Of a DNA stretch of 64,000 nucleotides, positions 26,164 through 38,833 are shown piece after piece. The stretch is from contig NC_043000.1 of the NCBI RefSeq assembly GCF_006345805.1, positions 133,920,001 to 133,984,000 of the forward strand, written 5' to 3'. Under the pieces are notes generated by a model, which was not told the DNA's origin, did no database searches, and saw only the letters and a program-made list of their open reading frames with translations. The stretch is from Octopus sinensis (Eukaryota). The position numbers and the translations under genes are program-made. How positions within the stretch are numbered: the first letter of the stretch is position 1; the number at the start of each line of letters is the position of its first letter.

Positions 26164-26328
26164 CGACGGGCTTCTTTCAGTTTCCGTCTACCAAATCCAC
26201 TCACATTGCTTTGGTCGGCCCGAGGCTATAGTAGAAGACACTTGCCCACGGTGTTACGCAGTGGGACTGAACCTGGAACCATGTGATTGGTAAGCAAGCT
26301 ACTTACCACACAACCACTCCTGCGCCTG
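25905..26328 (-). mobile_element. SINE family B
   Basis: Reverse complement of 53968-54372. Confidence 0.85.
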
Positions 26329-26878
26329 TATCTATATATTATTAATAGATATTATTGTTGAAAAGAATTCTTCAAAAGTTTTAAACTGAAACATTTAATG
26401 TGTCTTGTCAAAAAGCCTAACAATGCTGTTGCTGTCTAGAGTAAAAATTTGAAAGCAAGTCTGATAATAGATCTTCTGCAATGCAGTGTACTTTTAAAAA
26501 CCAATTTTGCTCTCTGTGTTGATTGGAGTTTCAGTTTTACAACCTAATAACACACAGCGGCAAAATGCAGATTTATTTGACTTTAATGAGAACAAAGGAA
26601 GAAAATGGAAAGAAACATTTTAAATCAAAACATATTTAGCAGGTTTGCTCTAATAAACAATTCTAATTTCAAAAACAAATTTATTCAAAGCCAGTGTCTA
26701 AAATATTACTGAAATCTTAAGTTTGAGTCAAACTTTCTGTAATTACGAATTATTATATAGACACAGGTATGGGTGTATAGTTGAGAAGGTTGCTTCCTAA
26801 CCATGTTATTTTTGGTTCACTTTCATTGCACAGCACCTCGGCAGATTTGGTAGATGAAAACTAAAAGATCCTCATCTT

Positions 26879-26911
<33 letters not shown>

Positions 26912-27419
26912 TACACATGTATCATCATCATCATCATTTAGTGTCCACTTTCCATGCTAGCATGGGTTGGACGGTTCAACAGGGGTCTGGGAAGCCAGAA
27001 GGCTGCACCAGGCCCAGTCTGATCTGGCAATGTTTCTACAGCTGGAAGCCCTTCCAAACGCCAACCACTCCGTGAGTGTAGTGGGTGCTTTTTACGTGCC
27101 ACTGGCACAGGTGCCAGACGGGGCTGGCAAACGGCCATGGTCGGATGGTGCTTTTTACGTGCCACCGGTATGTATGTAAATAAGTATTACTGTTATACAA
27201 ACAGTGTCATTCATTTCTAATATTCATGAGAACATCTCTGGCAATGGGGAAATATTACCTTTCTTGGAAACAAACAAGGTTTAGTAACAGGAAGGACAAT
27301 CCAGGAATGGAAAATCTTCCCCAACAAATTCAATCTGACCCATACACACATGTAAAAAGGATCATCAAAATGATGATGATGGTGGTGATGAAGATGATGT
27401 ATAAGCATATGTTTGTTTA

Positions 27420-27655
27420 CAATTGAACTTCTCCAAAAACCACGAACATACAAGCAGTGAAATCACTATCAGTTCTGCTGTCGACAGGTCGTTTGCTGGT
27501 TATGTGTCTTTGAAGATGTATGCAATAAGACATCCTTTGCTTGTAGAACAGGTAAGGGTGTTTGGCTGTTAATACATCAATCACATATTCATCTAATCCA
27601 TTCTCACATGGAAAAAAAAGACGGACAGCACCAAGAAAGACATCTGGTTACAAAA
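27420..27655 (+). repeat. About 235-bp dispersed repeat, second copy at 32590-32825
   Basis: AATTGAACTTCTCCAAAAA...GACATCTGGTTACAAA present twice with scattered substitutions. Confidence 0.9.
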
Positions 27656-27719
27656 TCAGTTGCTCCAAGAATCTTTCGTTCCACTCATACAAACAACGAA
27701 TCATTGTCGTTGTTGATGT

Positions 27720-28338
27720 AACATATATACATACACGCATACATACATATACACACACACCCATACATACATGCATGTATATATACATACTTATGTACTT
27801 ATAAGCATACATGCATACATACACACATGTACATACCCACGTACATACATATATACATATATACATGCATACATGCTGATATGCATACATACACACATAC
27901 ATAGATACATGCATACATGCATACATACATACATACACATGCATACCCACATATATACATATATACATACATACACACACACCTACACATACCTACACAT
28001 ATACATGCATGTATACATACATGTATACATACACACACACACATACATATCCACATAACTATGCACATCCATACATATCTACATACATACATATGTACAT
28101 ACATGCATTCATACATGTATACATGCATACACATACATACATACATACATACATACATACATACATACAAACAAAAATTCCTTGTTGTTGATGTTGAAAT
28201 TCCAATGAATTGGATCTAGGTTAGAAACCAGTTCCTTCTCTATTGGCAAGAAATCTTGAAATAAACTGAATAATGACATACATACACACACACATACATA
28301 AATACATACATACATACACACACACATACATAAATACA

Positions 28339-28369
<31 letters not shown>

Positions 28370-28525
28370 TTGACAAGCCTATTTCAGCTCTATCATACAT
28401 GTATGCTTACATATATACATACACACACACACGTACATACATACATACATACATACATACATACATACATACATACATACATACATACATACATACATAC
28501 ACACACATACATACATACATACATT
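27720..28525. repeat. Degenerate (CATA)n/(CA)n microsatellite field
   Basis: Directly visible; interrupted by a short non-microsatellite segment at 28170-28277. Confidence 0.9.
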
Positions 28526-29606
28526 CTTGACAGGCCTTTTTCAGTTTCTATCATATCTACTCTCAAGGCTTTGGTTGACCTGGGGATATTGTAGAAAATC
28601 CAAGGTACCATGCAGTGGGACTGAACCCAAAACCATGTAGTTGGTAAGCAAACTTCTTAATCACACACACACACACACAGGGTTAGGAAGTTTGCTTCTT
28701 ATTTTATTGATCCAAATGGGATGAAAAGGTAAAGTAATATGTCTGAAATTTATCAAATTTTAAATGTATGATAAATGGATTTCTTTAAACCAAAAACAGA
28801 ATTCTAGAATTGCATTTAACATTCACCGAGTGTTGTTATACAATACTTGCTGGTATGGAATATTTCATGAATTTGCTTGTTTGTTTGTTTTTTGTTTGTT
28901 TATTTTTTTTGTTTTTGTTTTTGCACTTCAAAAGTTTTCAACACGTGTCTTTCTGTCACCTTTGACGGATCAATGGACACAGATGTGTTGTTTGCACTGT
29001 TTGTGCCTTCATTTGACAAGCTAATGAACTAATAGCTTTCGGTTAATGTATTCAATTCCTTTATATTGTTCTGTGAAAAAAAAAAAAATCAAATATGGAT
29101 ATATTGATTCCAAATTCCACAAGTTTAATAAATTTAATAAATAATACAAGCTCCAATTCAGAAAACTTGAGTCAAATTTAAGATTGTATAGCTCAGTTTT
29201 TCACTTCACTTACATGTTCAAAGTCAATTATTTCCAATAGAACAATGCAATACAGGGTACACGTCTCAAAGGCAAGTAACATACACAAAATCTCTAATGA
29301 AAGAGATTGCTCCAATTATATTCTAACAATACCCTCACTAGACCTGCACCCATCTCATTAGTACTCCAGATGTTCCCTATCTTTGCTGCACATCGATTAA
29401 ACTACAAGGAATGACTGAGTGACCGTGAAATCTTATATGACATGCAAACACATCAATAATATCAGATTGTATCATTATAGAACACATTAATTCTCAACCG
29501 TTAGTTCCCTAATGGAGAAAACTAAAATGTTTATTGAGCTTCTTCATTCTGTACGTCAAGTGAATTAAAGTCAGCAACTGTTGTATAGAGTATAGCAGAT
29601 GATATA

Positions 29607-30172
29607 TTGGGTTGTCCGGAAAGTTCATGCCGATTTTTAAAGGAAAGACAAAGGTCAATAAATACTTGCCATTACATTTTTAATCAACCAAATATGAACC
29701 ATTTTGTTGCACAATGCGTCTTCATCTTTCCTTTAACTTGAAAATACCCTCTTCCTAGAATTGGGGTGGTTTCATGGCAAAGAATTCATCAAGGTATCTT
29801 TTTATGTCATCCAAGGAATTGAAATTTTTACCATTAAGACTATTCTGCAGAGACCTGAATAAGTGGAAATCTGAAGGAGCAATATCTGGTGAATATGGAG
29901 GGTGGGGTAACACATCCCAGCTGAGCTGCAGCAATTTTTGTCTGGTTCCCAAAGCATCAAGTGCCGAAAATGAACTTTCTTACCTTCTATTTTAAAGGGT
30001 TACAGAATTAATAGAGGTTATAGGAACGTAAACCTTCTTCCACGAAAAGATAGTTTAAACCGTTCTCTAAATGGCAGTGTAGTCAAATCCTATTTTATGT
30101 ACTCAACCATGTTCTAAAATAAGTCGAAAGGTAAGCTACTATAAATCAGCACGAACTTTCCGGACAACCCAA
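29607..30172 (-). mobile_element. Internally deleted mariner, same family as 8723-9259
   Basis: Same TIRs and TA flanks; ORF 29755-29952 contains LPHPPYSPDIAPSDFHLFRSLQNSL. Confidence 0.93.
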
Positions 30173-30384
30173 TAGTTTCTACACATTGGTATATTATTCA
30201 AATATTCCATTTGTCAACATTTTGTACTTTATATGGCACAGACTTAAGTGGTGGAATATTACTAATAAGATTGCTTTTTCTTTAATTTATGTTTGATATT
30301 TTCTTCTCATTAGAGATCTCTACCTATAAAATTTATAATTCTGAGTTAAAAAGTATTTTTTTTTAATTCTGGGTCCCCAACAAA

Positions 30385-30533
30385 AAAAAAATACTTGACT
30401 AGGAACCAGTATCACAATGATGATGATGTCATATCTGCTGTTGATGACCTTTTTGGCCAACAGGATGAAAGCTCCTTCACCAATGGGATCCAAGCAATGC
30501 AACATTGATGGAAGAAGTATGTGGATTGCAAGG
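30385..30533 (+). pseudogene. Mariner transposase C-terminal fragment (second family)
   Basis: KKYLTRNQYHNDDDVISAVDDLFGQQDESSFTNGIQAMQH*WKKYVDCK resembles the mariner end F..GI..L..RW.KCV. Confidence 0.7.
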
Positions 30534-30754
30534 CGTCCCATCCAGCTGGGGAACACATATGCCATGGAATCTGGGAAACCAGGCCCATGAGCCTGGCTAG
30601 GGTTTAAAAGGGTGCATTCATTTTTTTTTATTTTAAATTTGTTAGTACCAGTCAATCGTTACAGCTCTAGATTGTATCTCATCTGAATATGATTATGAAA
30701 TAACTCGATACACACACACACATTCATGTCATATTTTTTGCTTGAGATATTCTT

Positions 30755-31160
30755 TTTCACTCTAGGCACAAAGCCTGAAATTTGGGGGGAGGCGGGGGTG
30801 CAAATCAATTAGGTCAACCCCAGTATGCAACTGGTACTTAATTTATCAACCCCCGCCAAAAGGATGAAAGACAAAGTCAACCTCGGCAGAATTTGAACTC
30901 AGAACGTAGCGGCAGATGAAATACCTATTTCTTTACTACCCACAAGAGGCTAAACACAGAGAGGACAAACAAGGACAGACACGTGGATTAAGTTGATTAT
31001 ATCGACCCCAGGGTGTAATTGGTACTTATTTAATCGACCCCGAAAGGATAAAAGGCAAATTCGACCTCGGCGGAATTTGAACTCAGAACGTATAGACAGA
31101 CGAAATACTGCTAAGCCTTTTACTCAGCATGCTAACGTTTCTGCCAGCTCACTGCCTTCT
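30755..31160 (-). mobile_element. Two tandem family A SINE units with different 3' tails
   Basis: GGTACTTA...GGAT(G/A)AAAG...AATTTGAACTCAGAACG occurs twice. Confidence 0.75.
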
Positions 31161-31399
31161 TTTGCTTGAAATGTTATTCACATTTCAATAACTGCTTTTG
31201 CAAAACTCTTCTTAACATGGAGCAGTGCTTTATACATAAAATATTTTATCTTTACTGTATGTTGTCATGCAAGGATTGTTTTGTTTTGTTTTTTTTTTTC
31301 TTTAAGTTTATTGAACAAAATATGTCTTAATTATTTCTACTTTTGTGAAAGAAATAATAGCCATGAAAAGAAAAGACAAGGTCGGTTGTCATTTTGTTT

Positions 31400-32945
31400 T
31401 CATCATCATCATCATCATTATATCATCATCATTTAACACTCGTTGTCCATGTTGGCATGGATTGGACAGTTTGACTGGGTTGACATGTTGGAAGGCTGTG
31501 CCATGCTCCAGTCTGATTTGGCATGGTTTTCTATGGCTGGATGCCCTTCCTAGCACCAACCACTCCAAGAGTGCAATGGGTGCTTTTATGTGCCACCAGC
31601 ACAGATGCCATTTGTGTGACACTGGTATCTGCCATGACTGCAATTTTGCTTAAGCTTGATGGGTCTCCTTCTCAAGCATGACATAATGCCAAAGGTCTTG
31701 GTCATTGCCTCTGTGAGGCCCAGCACTCGAAAGGAAATCCACCACTTTGCCTCCATGAGGCCCAAAGTTCAAAGGTTAATTTTTCACATGCAACCAGCAT
31801 GGGTGCTCTTGGCTTGATGGGTCCTCTTAAGCAGAGCACATCGCCAAAGGTCTCGGTCACTAGTCATTGCCTCTGTGAGGTTCAAAGTTCGATGGTCATG
31901 CTTCACCACCTCATCTCATATCTTCCTAGGTCTACTTCTACCACAAATTCCCTCCACAGTTAGAGATCAGCACTTCTTTATACAGCTGTGATGCATATGC
32001 ATCACATGGCCATATCAGCACAGTCTTCTCTCTTGCACACCACATCTGATTCTTCTTATGCCTAACTTTTCTCTCAAGGTGCTTAAACTCTGTCAAACAT
32101 GCACACTGACATTGCACACTGACATTGCACACTGACATTGCACACCCAGCAAAGCATACTGGTTTCATTTCTCTCAAGCCTACACGTGTCCTCGGCTGTT
32201 ATAGCCATGCAGCATAACTGTTCACACACAGGCATCAAACAACCTGCCTTTCACTCTGAGAGAGAGGCCCTTTGTTGCCAGCAGGGGTAGGAGCTCTCTG
32301 AACTTTGCCCAGCCTAATCTTATTCTCACAGTCACGCTCTCAGAATAAACCACCTCCACTACTAACCTGGTCGCCTAGATACCAGAAGCTATCTATTACC
32401 TCTAGCTTGCCCCCCTGGTAGTTGATGGAGTCTATTTTCTGCACATGTTCAGCATTTATTATGCCTGTGCACCTTCTACATACAAAAGTTAGTTTTTCCA
32501 TTAACCTTCCTTTGATGTTGCTGCACTTTTGTGTGTCCAAAGCTTACACTGGGTGAATCTTATGGAGTTTCTACCTACATCTTTTCTATAATTGCACTTC
32601 TCCAAAAATCACAAACATACAAGCGGTGAAATCACTATCAGTTCTGCGGTCAACAGGTCGTTTGCTGGTTATGTGTCTTTGAAGACGTATGCAATAAGAC
32701 ATCCTTTACTTGTAGAACAGGTAAGAGTATTTGGCTGTTAATACATCAATCACATATTCATCTAATCCATTCTCACATGGAAGAAAAAGATGGACAGCAC
32801 CAAGAGAGACATCTGGTTACAAATCTGAGGGGATTTGTGATTTGTCTGCCTTCCTACTTACTATGACTTTGGGTTTTGCTAGGTTAACTCTAAGGCCCTT
32901 TGATTCTAGACCTTGTTTCCATACCTGGAATTCATCAGCATAGAA
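31400..32945 (-). mobile_element. Degraded RTE LINE 3' portion (PHD region, RT C-terminus, 3' UTR)
   Basis: CSNIKGRLMEKLTFVCRRC, KLEVIDSFWYLGDQVSSGGG, homologous to 44700-45580; interrupted at 32590-32825. Confidence 0.85.
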
Positions 32946-33066
32946 TTAAGGCCATAATTGTTAGGCTTTTTGACAAGACATTAAATGTTTCAATTTAAAA
33001 CTTTTGAAGAATTCATTTCAACAAGAATATCTATTAATAATATATAGATACATATATAGGTTTGAA

Positions 33067-33269
33067 TGGTTCTATACTGTCAACTTAACATGACAGTCCC
33101 GTAAAGGGAATCACACCACCGCTATTTAGCCCTAGGAAGAATCGACACTTCCTGTCGGCTTTGACACATTTCCTGTGTCCTTATATTTGCGAAGAAGATG
33201 CAAGCACCCCCACCAGATGGTGTGATTCCCTTTACAGGACTGTCACGTTAAGTTGACAGTATACAACCA
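33067..33269. repeat. 52-bp inverted repeat with about 100-bp spacer
   Basis: 33067-33118 is the near reverse complement of 33218-33269. Confidence 0.85.
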
Positions 33270-34878
33270 CTCTATCGCTCCACCACCGCTGATGTCTCTC
33301 TGAGACATTTAGAAATTCAATATTTCTAATATATAGGTTTGGCTTTGTGGTTAAGAAACTTCTCAATCAAATGGTTCCACAGCACCTTGGACAAGTGTCT
33401 TCTGTTAAACTAAAGCGCGTGACAGGGCAGCCTGTCTTGAATTCCTCTGTTATTGCCTGGAGGACTATGATGAACAAGATGAAATTTATATTCATCTTTG
33501 TATGATTATTAAATTATACATATTCTAACATTCTAACATTCTAGCATCACTTCATTGCTGTTTGACCTGAAATTTCTTCTCTTTTACCTGTTTTTTCAAG
33601 TTGTGTATTAATATTACTAATGCCATACATCTGGATTTATCTACTTTTGTGGTTAAAGTACTAATCAGAGAATTCTGATGTCATACAAGATGTATTTAAA
33701 ATAATATATCCAAATTCTGGAAGAATATTCTCAAATTTAATCAATGTTATAAAAATATTGATATCATTTTAAGTTACATAATTTTGTGGTTGTTCTAGAA
33801 CTATTTAGATTGGTTTAGTCTATCAGGATACCTTTTAAATATGTTGTGTAATTTATAGAACTTCTTGAGTAATTTTAAACTGCTGGCATTGTAATTTTCT
33901 CACTTTACACAGTGGAACATATTTGATCACATAATGAATAATTCTGAAAAAATTAACACAAAAGAATTTGAATTAAAGCAATTATTAAAATAATTTTGCC
34001 AAATCAATTCTAAATAAAAGTTGAATAAATTTTAAGAAGCAGCTTTATGAACTTTTTGAAGAAACTATTTTGAGCAAAATACAATGGCTTAAGGAAGCCA
34101 CTTAAACTAACAAATGAATCTGAAATGGTAATTCTAAAAATAAGATTTAGTTTACAAATGCTAGATTTAAAATATTACATTGTATGCGTAGAATAAGCTG
34201 TTCAAAATCATTATATATCTAGATAAAAAAATGAAATTCTTTATTTGATATATGTGAACTTTGGAAATCCTTGTTAAGTTAAATATCATCCATATCATCA
34301 TTCATTTAACGTCTGTTTTCCATGCTGGCATGAGTTGTTTGGAAATTTTATTGATACATTATCAATAATGTAAGATGGATATTCTCAGCTGGAATCAATA
34401 GTAGAGACCTATTCTTAAAAGGTTTTGGTTTAATAACTTTCAAAATGAACTTTGAGTATAAATTCCTAAAAATTTGTTGAAGCATTGTAATTGAAATGAT
34501 TAGAGATTTAAAGAAACTTCACCCTTTCAGGCAAGATCATATCAACCAGATCTTATGCAGTGTGTCACTAGAGCATTATTAAAAAATTGAATGACTACTA
34601 CATTTAAAAAGCTAGGATCTAGTGATAGCAAGGCCAGCATTAGGAACTGCATCGCACTCTAAGAGTTAATCTGGAATTTTATTTATGAAGCTCTTGGCAA
34701 TAAAAAAGAATTATTTTGTCAAGCTATTCAACTTAAAATATGATTTGCTGTTAAATTGTTTGGGAAATAGAAGTTTTCCATAAATAAATTGACTGAAGCA
34801 GCAGTTATTGCAGTCCATATAATAAATAATCTCATCAATTTAAATGACATGATCATTTTTATCAATTGTCACATTTCC

Positions 34879-35220
34879 TCAATCGTTCATGCAACATTTT
34901 ATCATTTTGATGCGTGGGATGATGTCAGCAGCTGGCAAGCTGACCGGAACTTGGGGCTGACCGGAAGAGGAAGGGGCAGGAGTGACGTGCATGCAGGCAG
35001 GGAAGCATTGGGCCTTTTTCGATTGGGGTAGCGGACAGTGCTGGACGTGTGAGCACTTCAACAAGGTAAGGGAAAAGCAGCTGCTATTTTTAGCGTTCAG
35101 GTCGGGCCACGTGGAAGAGTGCGTTACCACCGGAGAAGTCTGCGTCAACGAAGAGAAGGTAGGTGTCTTTACTTCAAATCTCCCACATACACTACATGAT
35201 GTTTGAGAGATGTCATACAT
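34879..35220 (-). other. Unique CpG-rich island containing a 113-aa ATG-initiated ORF of unknown status
   Basis: About 15 CpG in 270 bp against about 3 in the preceding 1.4 kb; no recognisable homology; function unresolved. Confidence 0.35.
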
Positions 35221-35921
35221 TTACACACACAAGGCTTGATGTATGAACTTACAAAATCCTAATCACAATGCATTCACAAAGAAACTTTTAAGAATTCAGA
35301 TCAATTATACAAATTATCATCAGAAACCACATATTTTACAAAATATGGTTTATGTTACAATGGGCAGCTACGCCAATGGCTTGAAAATGTAATTATATGC
35401 TTTAGTCATATCAAGTTGGTTTTAATCAATTATAGAACAACCTTGTTTTCAGTCAATCAAGAATCACTAAGTTCTTTTGTGTTGCTTTTTAATTAATTCC
35501 TGCTTTGAAAGCCATAACAGTTGCAAATTTGGTTACTTCGAATACCATCTCAGTGGCAGCACCTTACACTGTCTCATGAAGAATTTCATGCTTATTAGAA
35601 ATAGGTGATAAATGGACCCAGAGTTTTTGAAGAAGATAAAGTTACTCAATACTTTTCTTGGTTACTTAGTTTTGAAGATAAGCAAAAACAGTCATTTTCT
35701 GAAGCCTGGAAGAAATGGTTAAGAGCAACCCACGATGGACCATCACCAAATCTAAGGATGAAACTGATGCTGATTTTCAAAATTGCAATGAAACAAACAT
35801 TAAACATGTATCATTATCATCCAGTAAAACTTTTTCTTCAACGATTAGTTTTTGTTACAAATTTATAAGCCCTCATTAAAAACATGTCTAACTTTCAGGC
35901 AAACAATGTTAATGTCAGTTA

Positions 35922-36108
35922 CATCATCATCATCATCATTTAACGTCCGTTTTCTGTGCTAGCATGGGTTGGACGGTTCGACCGGGGTCTGAGAAGCCAG
36001 GAGGCTGCTGCAGGCTCCAGTCTGATCTGGCAGTGTTTCTACAACTGGATGCCCTTCCTAATGCAAACCACTCCATGAGTGTAGTGGGTGCTTTTTACGT
36101 GCCACTAT
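35922..36108 (-). mobile_element. RTE LINE 3' end fragment
   Basis: (CAT)n TTAACGTCC...GCTAGCATGGGTTGGACGG. Confidence 0.85.
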
Positions 36109-36467
36109 GTACAAAAAATAATGTTGGCAGCTTAATAAGTAGTAAACTTTAAAGTGCCATTTGGAGCAACAACCACAGCACAAATATAATTACAGGGGAC
36201 AAAGAATACCTGTCCTCTTATTGGGAAAGTAATTATCTAAAAAGCAAAGGTAACATCTTTAACAGTTAGTGTGGAAACAGATTTTAAAAATCCCTATTGG
36301 CATTAAAGAAGGCAGCTTTTAAAGCCATTTTTTATGCTATAGCTGTGTGGTCAGCTGTTGAAAGGTTGATGTGTAAAACATTCTCAATATCAAAGTTTGT
36401 GTGGCCCTATGTTCACATGCCAGCATGTATATTATTAGTAGCATGTACTCATATATATACATACAAC

Positions 36468-36757
36468 ACGTGCCAGTATTGCTGGACTGACTCCTGTGCA
36501 GGTGGCACATAAAAAACACCATTTCGAGCGTGACCGTTGCCAGTACTGCCAGACTGGCCCTCATGCCAGTGGCACATAAAAGCACCCACTACACTCTCAG
36601 AGTGGTTGGCATTAGGAAGGGCATCCAGCTGTAGAAACTCTGCCAGATCAGATTCAAGCCTAGCACAATCATCTGGTTCGCCAGTCCTCAGTCAAATCGT
36701 CCAACCCATGCTAGCATGGAAAGCGGACGTTAAATGATGATGATGATAATGATGATA
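36468..36757 (+). mobile_element. RTE LINE 3' UTR fragment
   Basis: Subrepeats, CCATGCTAGCATGG and (GAT)n tail. Confidence 0.85.
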
Positions 36758-37331
36758 CACAAACCTATTACATTTTTAGAGAGCTTATGGCCTTAATTCT
36801 TGTCATTCATTACCATAAAGATTTAGATTAATAACACAAGTTCTATTTTATAAAAAACATAATTAAAATTTTAATGAGATACTTGAGACTAAACTTTCAA
36901 AACAAGCTTTGTACTGTCCAGATATATTAGTTACAGACAGCCTTAAAATTTAATGTAAGTGTTGGTCAGAAAGTCTAGATTTCATAAATTTCAGTTTTGA
37001 AAATTTTATATGAAAGCCACATTTTATTTACTTAAAATGATGCGTGTGACCCTTAAACTGTAAACCTGAGGACCATTAATCTAAACAACATCATAATAGA
37101 AATTGCAGAGGAACAATGACCTGCTTCAGCATGAAGAAGATTGAATCATTGTAAAGCATGCACTAAATGTTCCCATTCAGTATAACATGATATATATTGA
37201 GATTATTACTGAAAAGAATATGTTAGTACACAGGACATTGTTAATATACAGAACAATGCACATCAACCAGTACTATTCACTGATTTGGAACAATCCTCTG
37301 TAAATTTTAACTGACACACTTCCACATACAA

Positions 37332-37364
<33 letters not shown>

Positions 37365-37400
37365 ACACACACACACACAACACACACACACACACATACA

Positions 37401-37454
<54 letters not shown>

Positions 37455-37559
37455 TTATGAAATGAAGTAGATAAGATCTGGGCTACTTATGTTTCCATTT
37501 CAATAAATCACTATTGTCCTTGAAAGTTGCTTTTTTTTTAATATTTACTATGGATTGCT

Positions 37560-37655
37560 TGAAGCTAACATATCTATTAACAGGCAAGTTCTTCTGTTGT
37601 AGTCCTTGATCATAATGTCTGATCGATTGGAGTCAATTTTTCTATCTGTGGGTTT
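37560..37655 (-). pseudogene. R4/Dong-type endonuclease fragment
   Basis: Reverse strand TDRKIDSNRSDIMIKDYNRRTCLLIDM resembles TD..I..NRPDI......C.LID. Confidence 0.6.
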
Positions 37656-38462
37656 TTGCATCTCCAGGTCTCTTTTTGTATGGTTGATGTTTCTGGGTTT
37701 AATAATAAACATTTCTGTCTTGTATTTCTATTTCTTTGAGATAGGTTTGGTAGTTGATCCTGAGCGTCAGTTTCAGGAATATCCCTGGCTTGATTTGCTA
37801 CAGGTTCTTGAGGAGGTTGGTCCTGATTTAAAGACTTTTCAAGCTCAGTGTCATGACCTAAGGTCACTGATGATCATGTTCTTCAAACGACACAGGTTCT
37901 AGGGGGTATTTCTATGGTTGGTATCCAGGGCCATGCTATAAGTGCACAGGGTTAACCAGTTGTCTGGTTCCTTGAGTAAGGTCCAGAGGTCCCAGGTATC
38001 ATCATTTTCTGGTGGGTGGGGAATTTTATTTTGAGAAGTTTTAAATTAGTTCATGTCATGACCTGCTGCTTGGAAGGTGTCAAATGGCAGGCTGACAGAA
38101 TGCATGAAGCATCACAGAAAAGGGCGGATATTGAATTGACAGCCAGAGAGAGAGACAGAGATAAGGAGATAAAAGACAAAACCATCATCCAGTCTCCAAG
38201 CTACTTCCAGTAGGATGGTGATGGCGTTGGCGGTGGCAGTGGTGCTGGGATTGTATATGTTCTGTCAGTAGGTTGTAGAAGCTGTCGCATGTGTGTGGTC
38301 TTTGTCTCCAGGCAAATCACTATTATCCTTGTTATTATTAGAAGCTGTAGTAGTAGTAGTAGCAGTAGCAGTAGCAGCAACAATAGCAGCATTAGTAATG
38401 TGATCAGGAAGCAAAAGAAGCATCACACCCTTGTGGGCAGCAGAGGTCAAATGTGTTTATTA

Positions 38463-38521
38463 CTACAGCGGCCCAATGAGAGGGCTGACATTGGCCTTGG
38501 AAAGGGCTATCTCATCCTGTT
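38463..38521 (-). CDS. Candidate terminal coding exon (..QDEIALSKANVSPLIGPL*), unverified
   Basis: Pyrimidine tract TTTTTTCTCTTTG then AAAACAG|AACAG|; frame closes with TAG TAA TAA; no homology recognised and no upstream exon found. Confidence 0.22.
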
Positions 38522-38733
38522 CTGTTTTAATTACAAAGAGAAAAAATAACAACAATAATATATTATTATTGTCATTATTATTATTTTATGTTTGATTTTT
38601 GCTTTACATTTGTACAAGTTGGCTCCAAGTCTCACCCAGAGACCTCAAGAGACAAGTTGGAAGTTCATATTGGTGTTATACCTAGGGTGCCATATATTTG
38701 GTTTTGTACACAGTGTTGTTCTAGAGAATGTTT

Positions 38734-38768
<35 letters not shown>

Positions 38769-38792
38769 TTATCATCATCATCATCATCATCA

Positions 38793-38833
<41 letters not shown>

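Noticed and set aside
27470-27556. Exon-like segment ending GAACAG|GTAAG
   Set aside because: Lies in a repeated segment whose second copy is inside an RTE remnant; no recognisable peptide
27648-28611. Many H/T/Y/I and M/Y/V/C ORFs
   Set aside because: (CATA)n microsatellite translations
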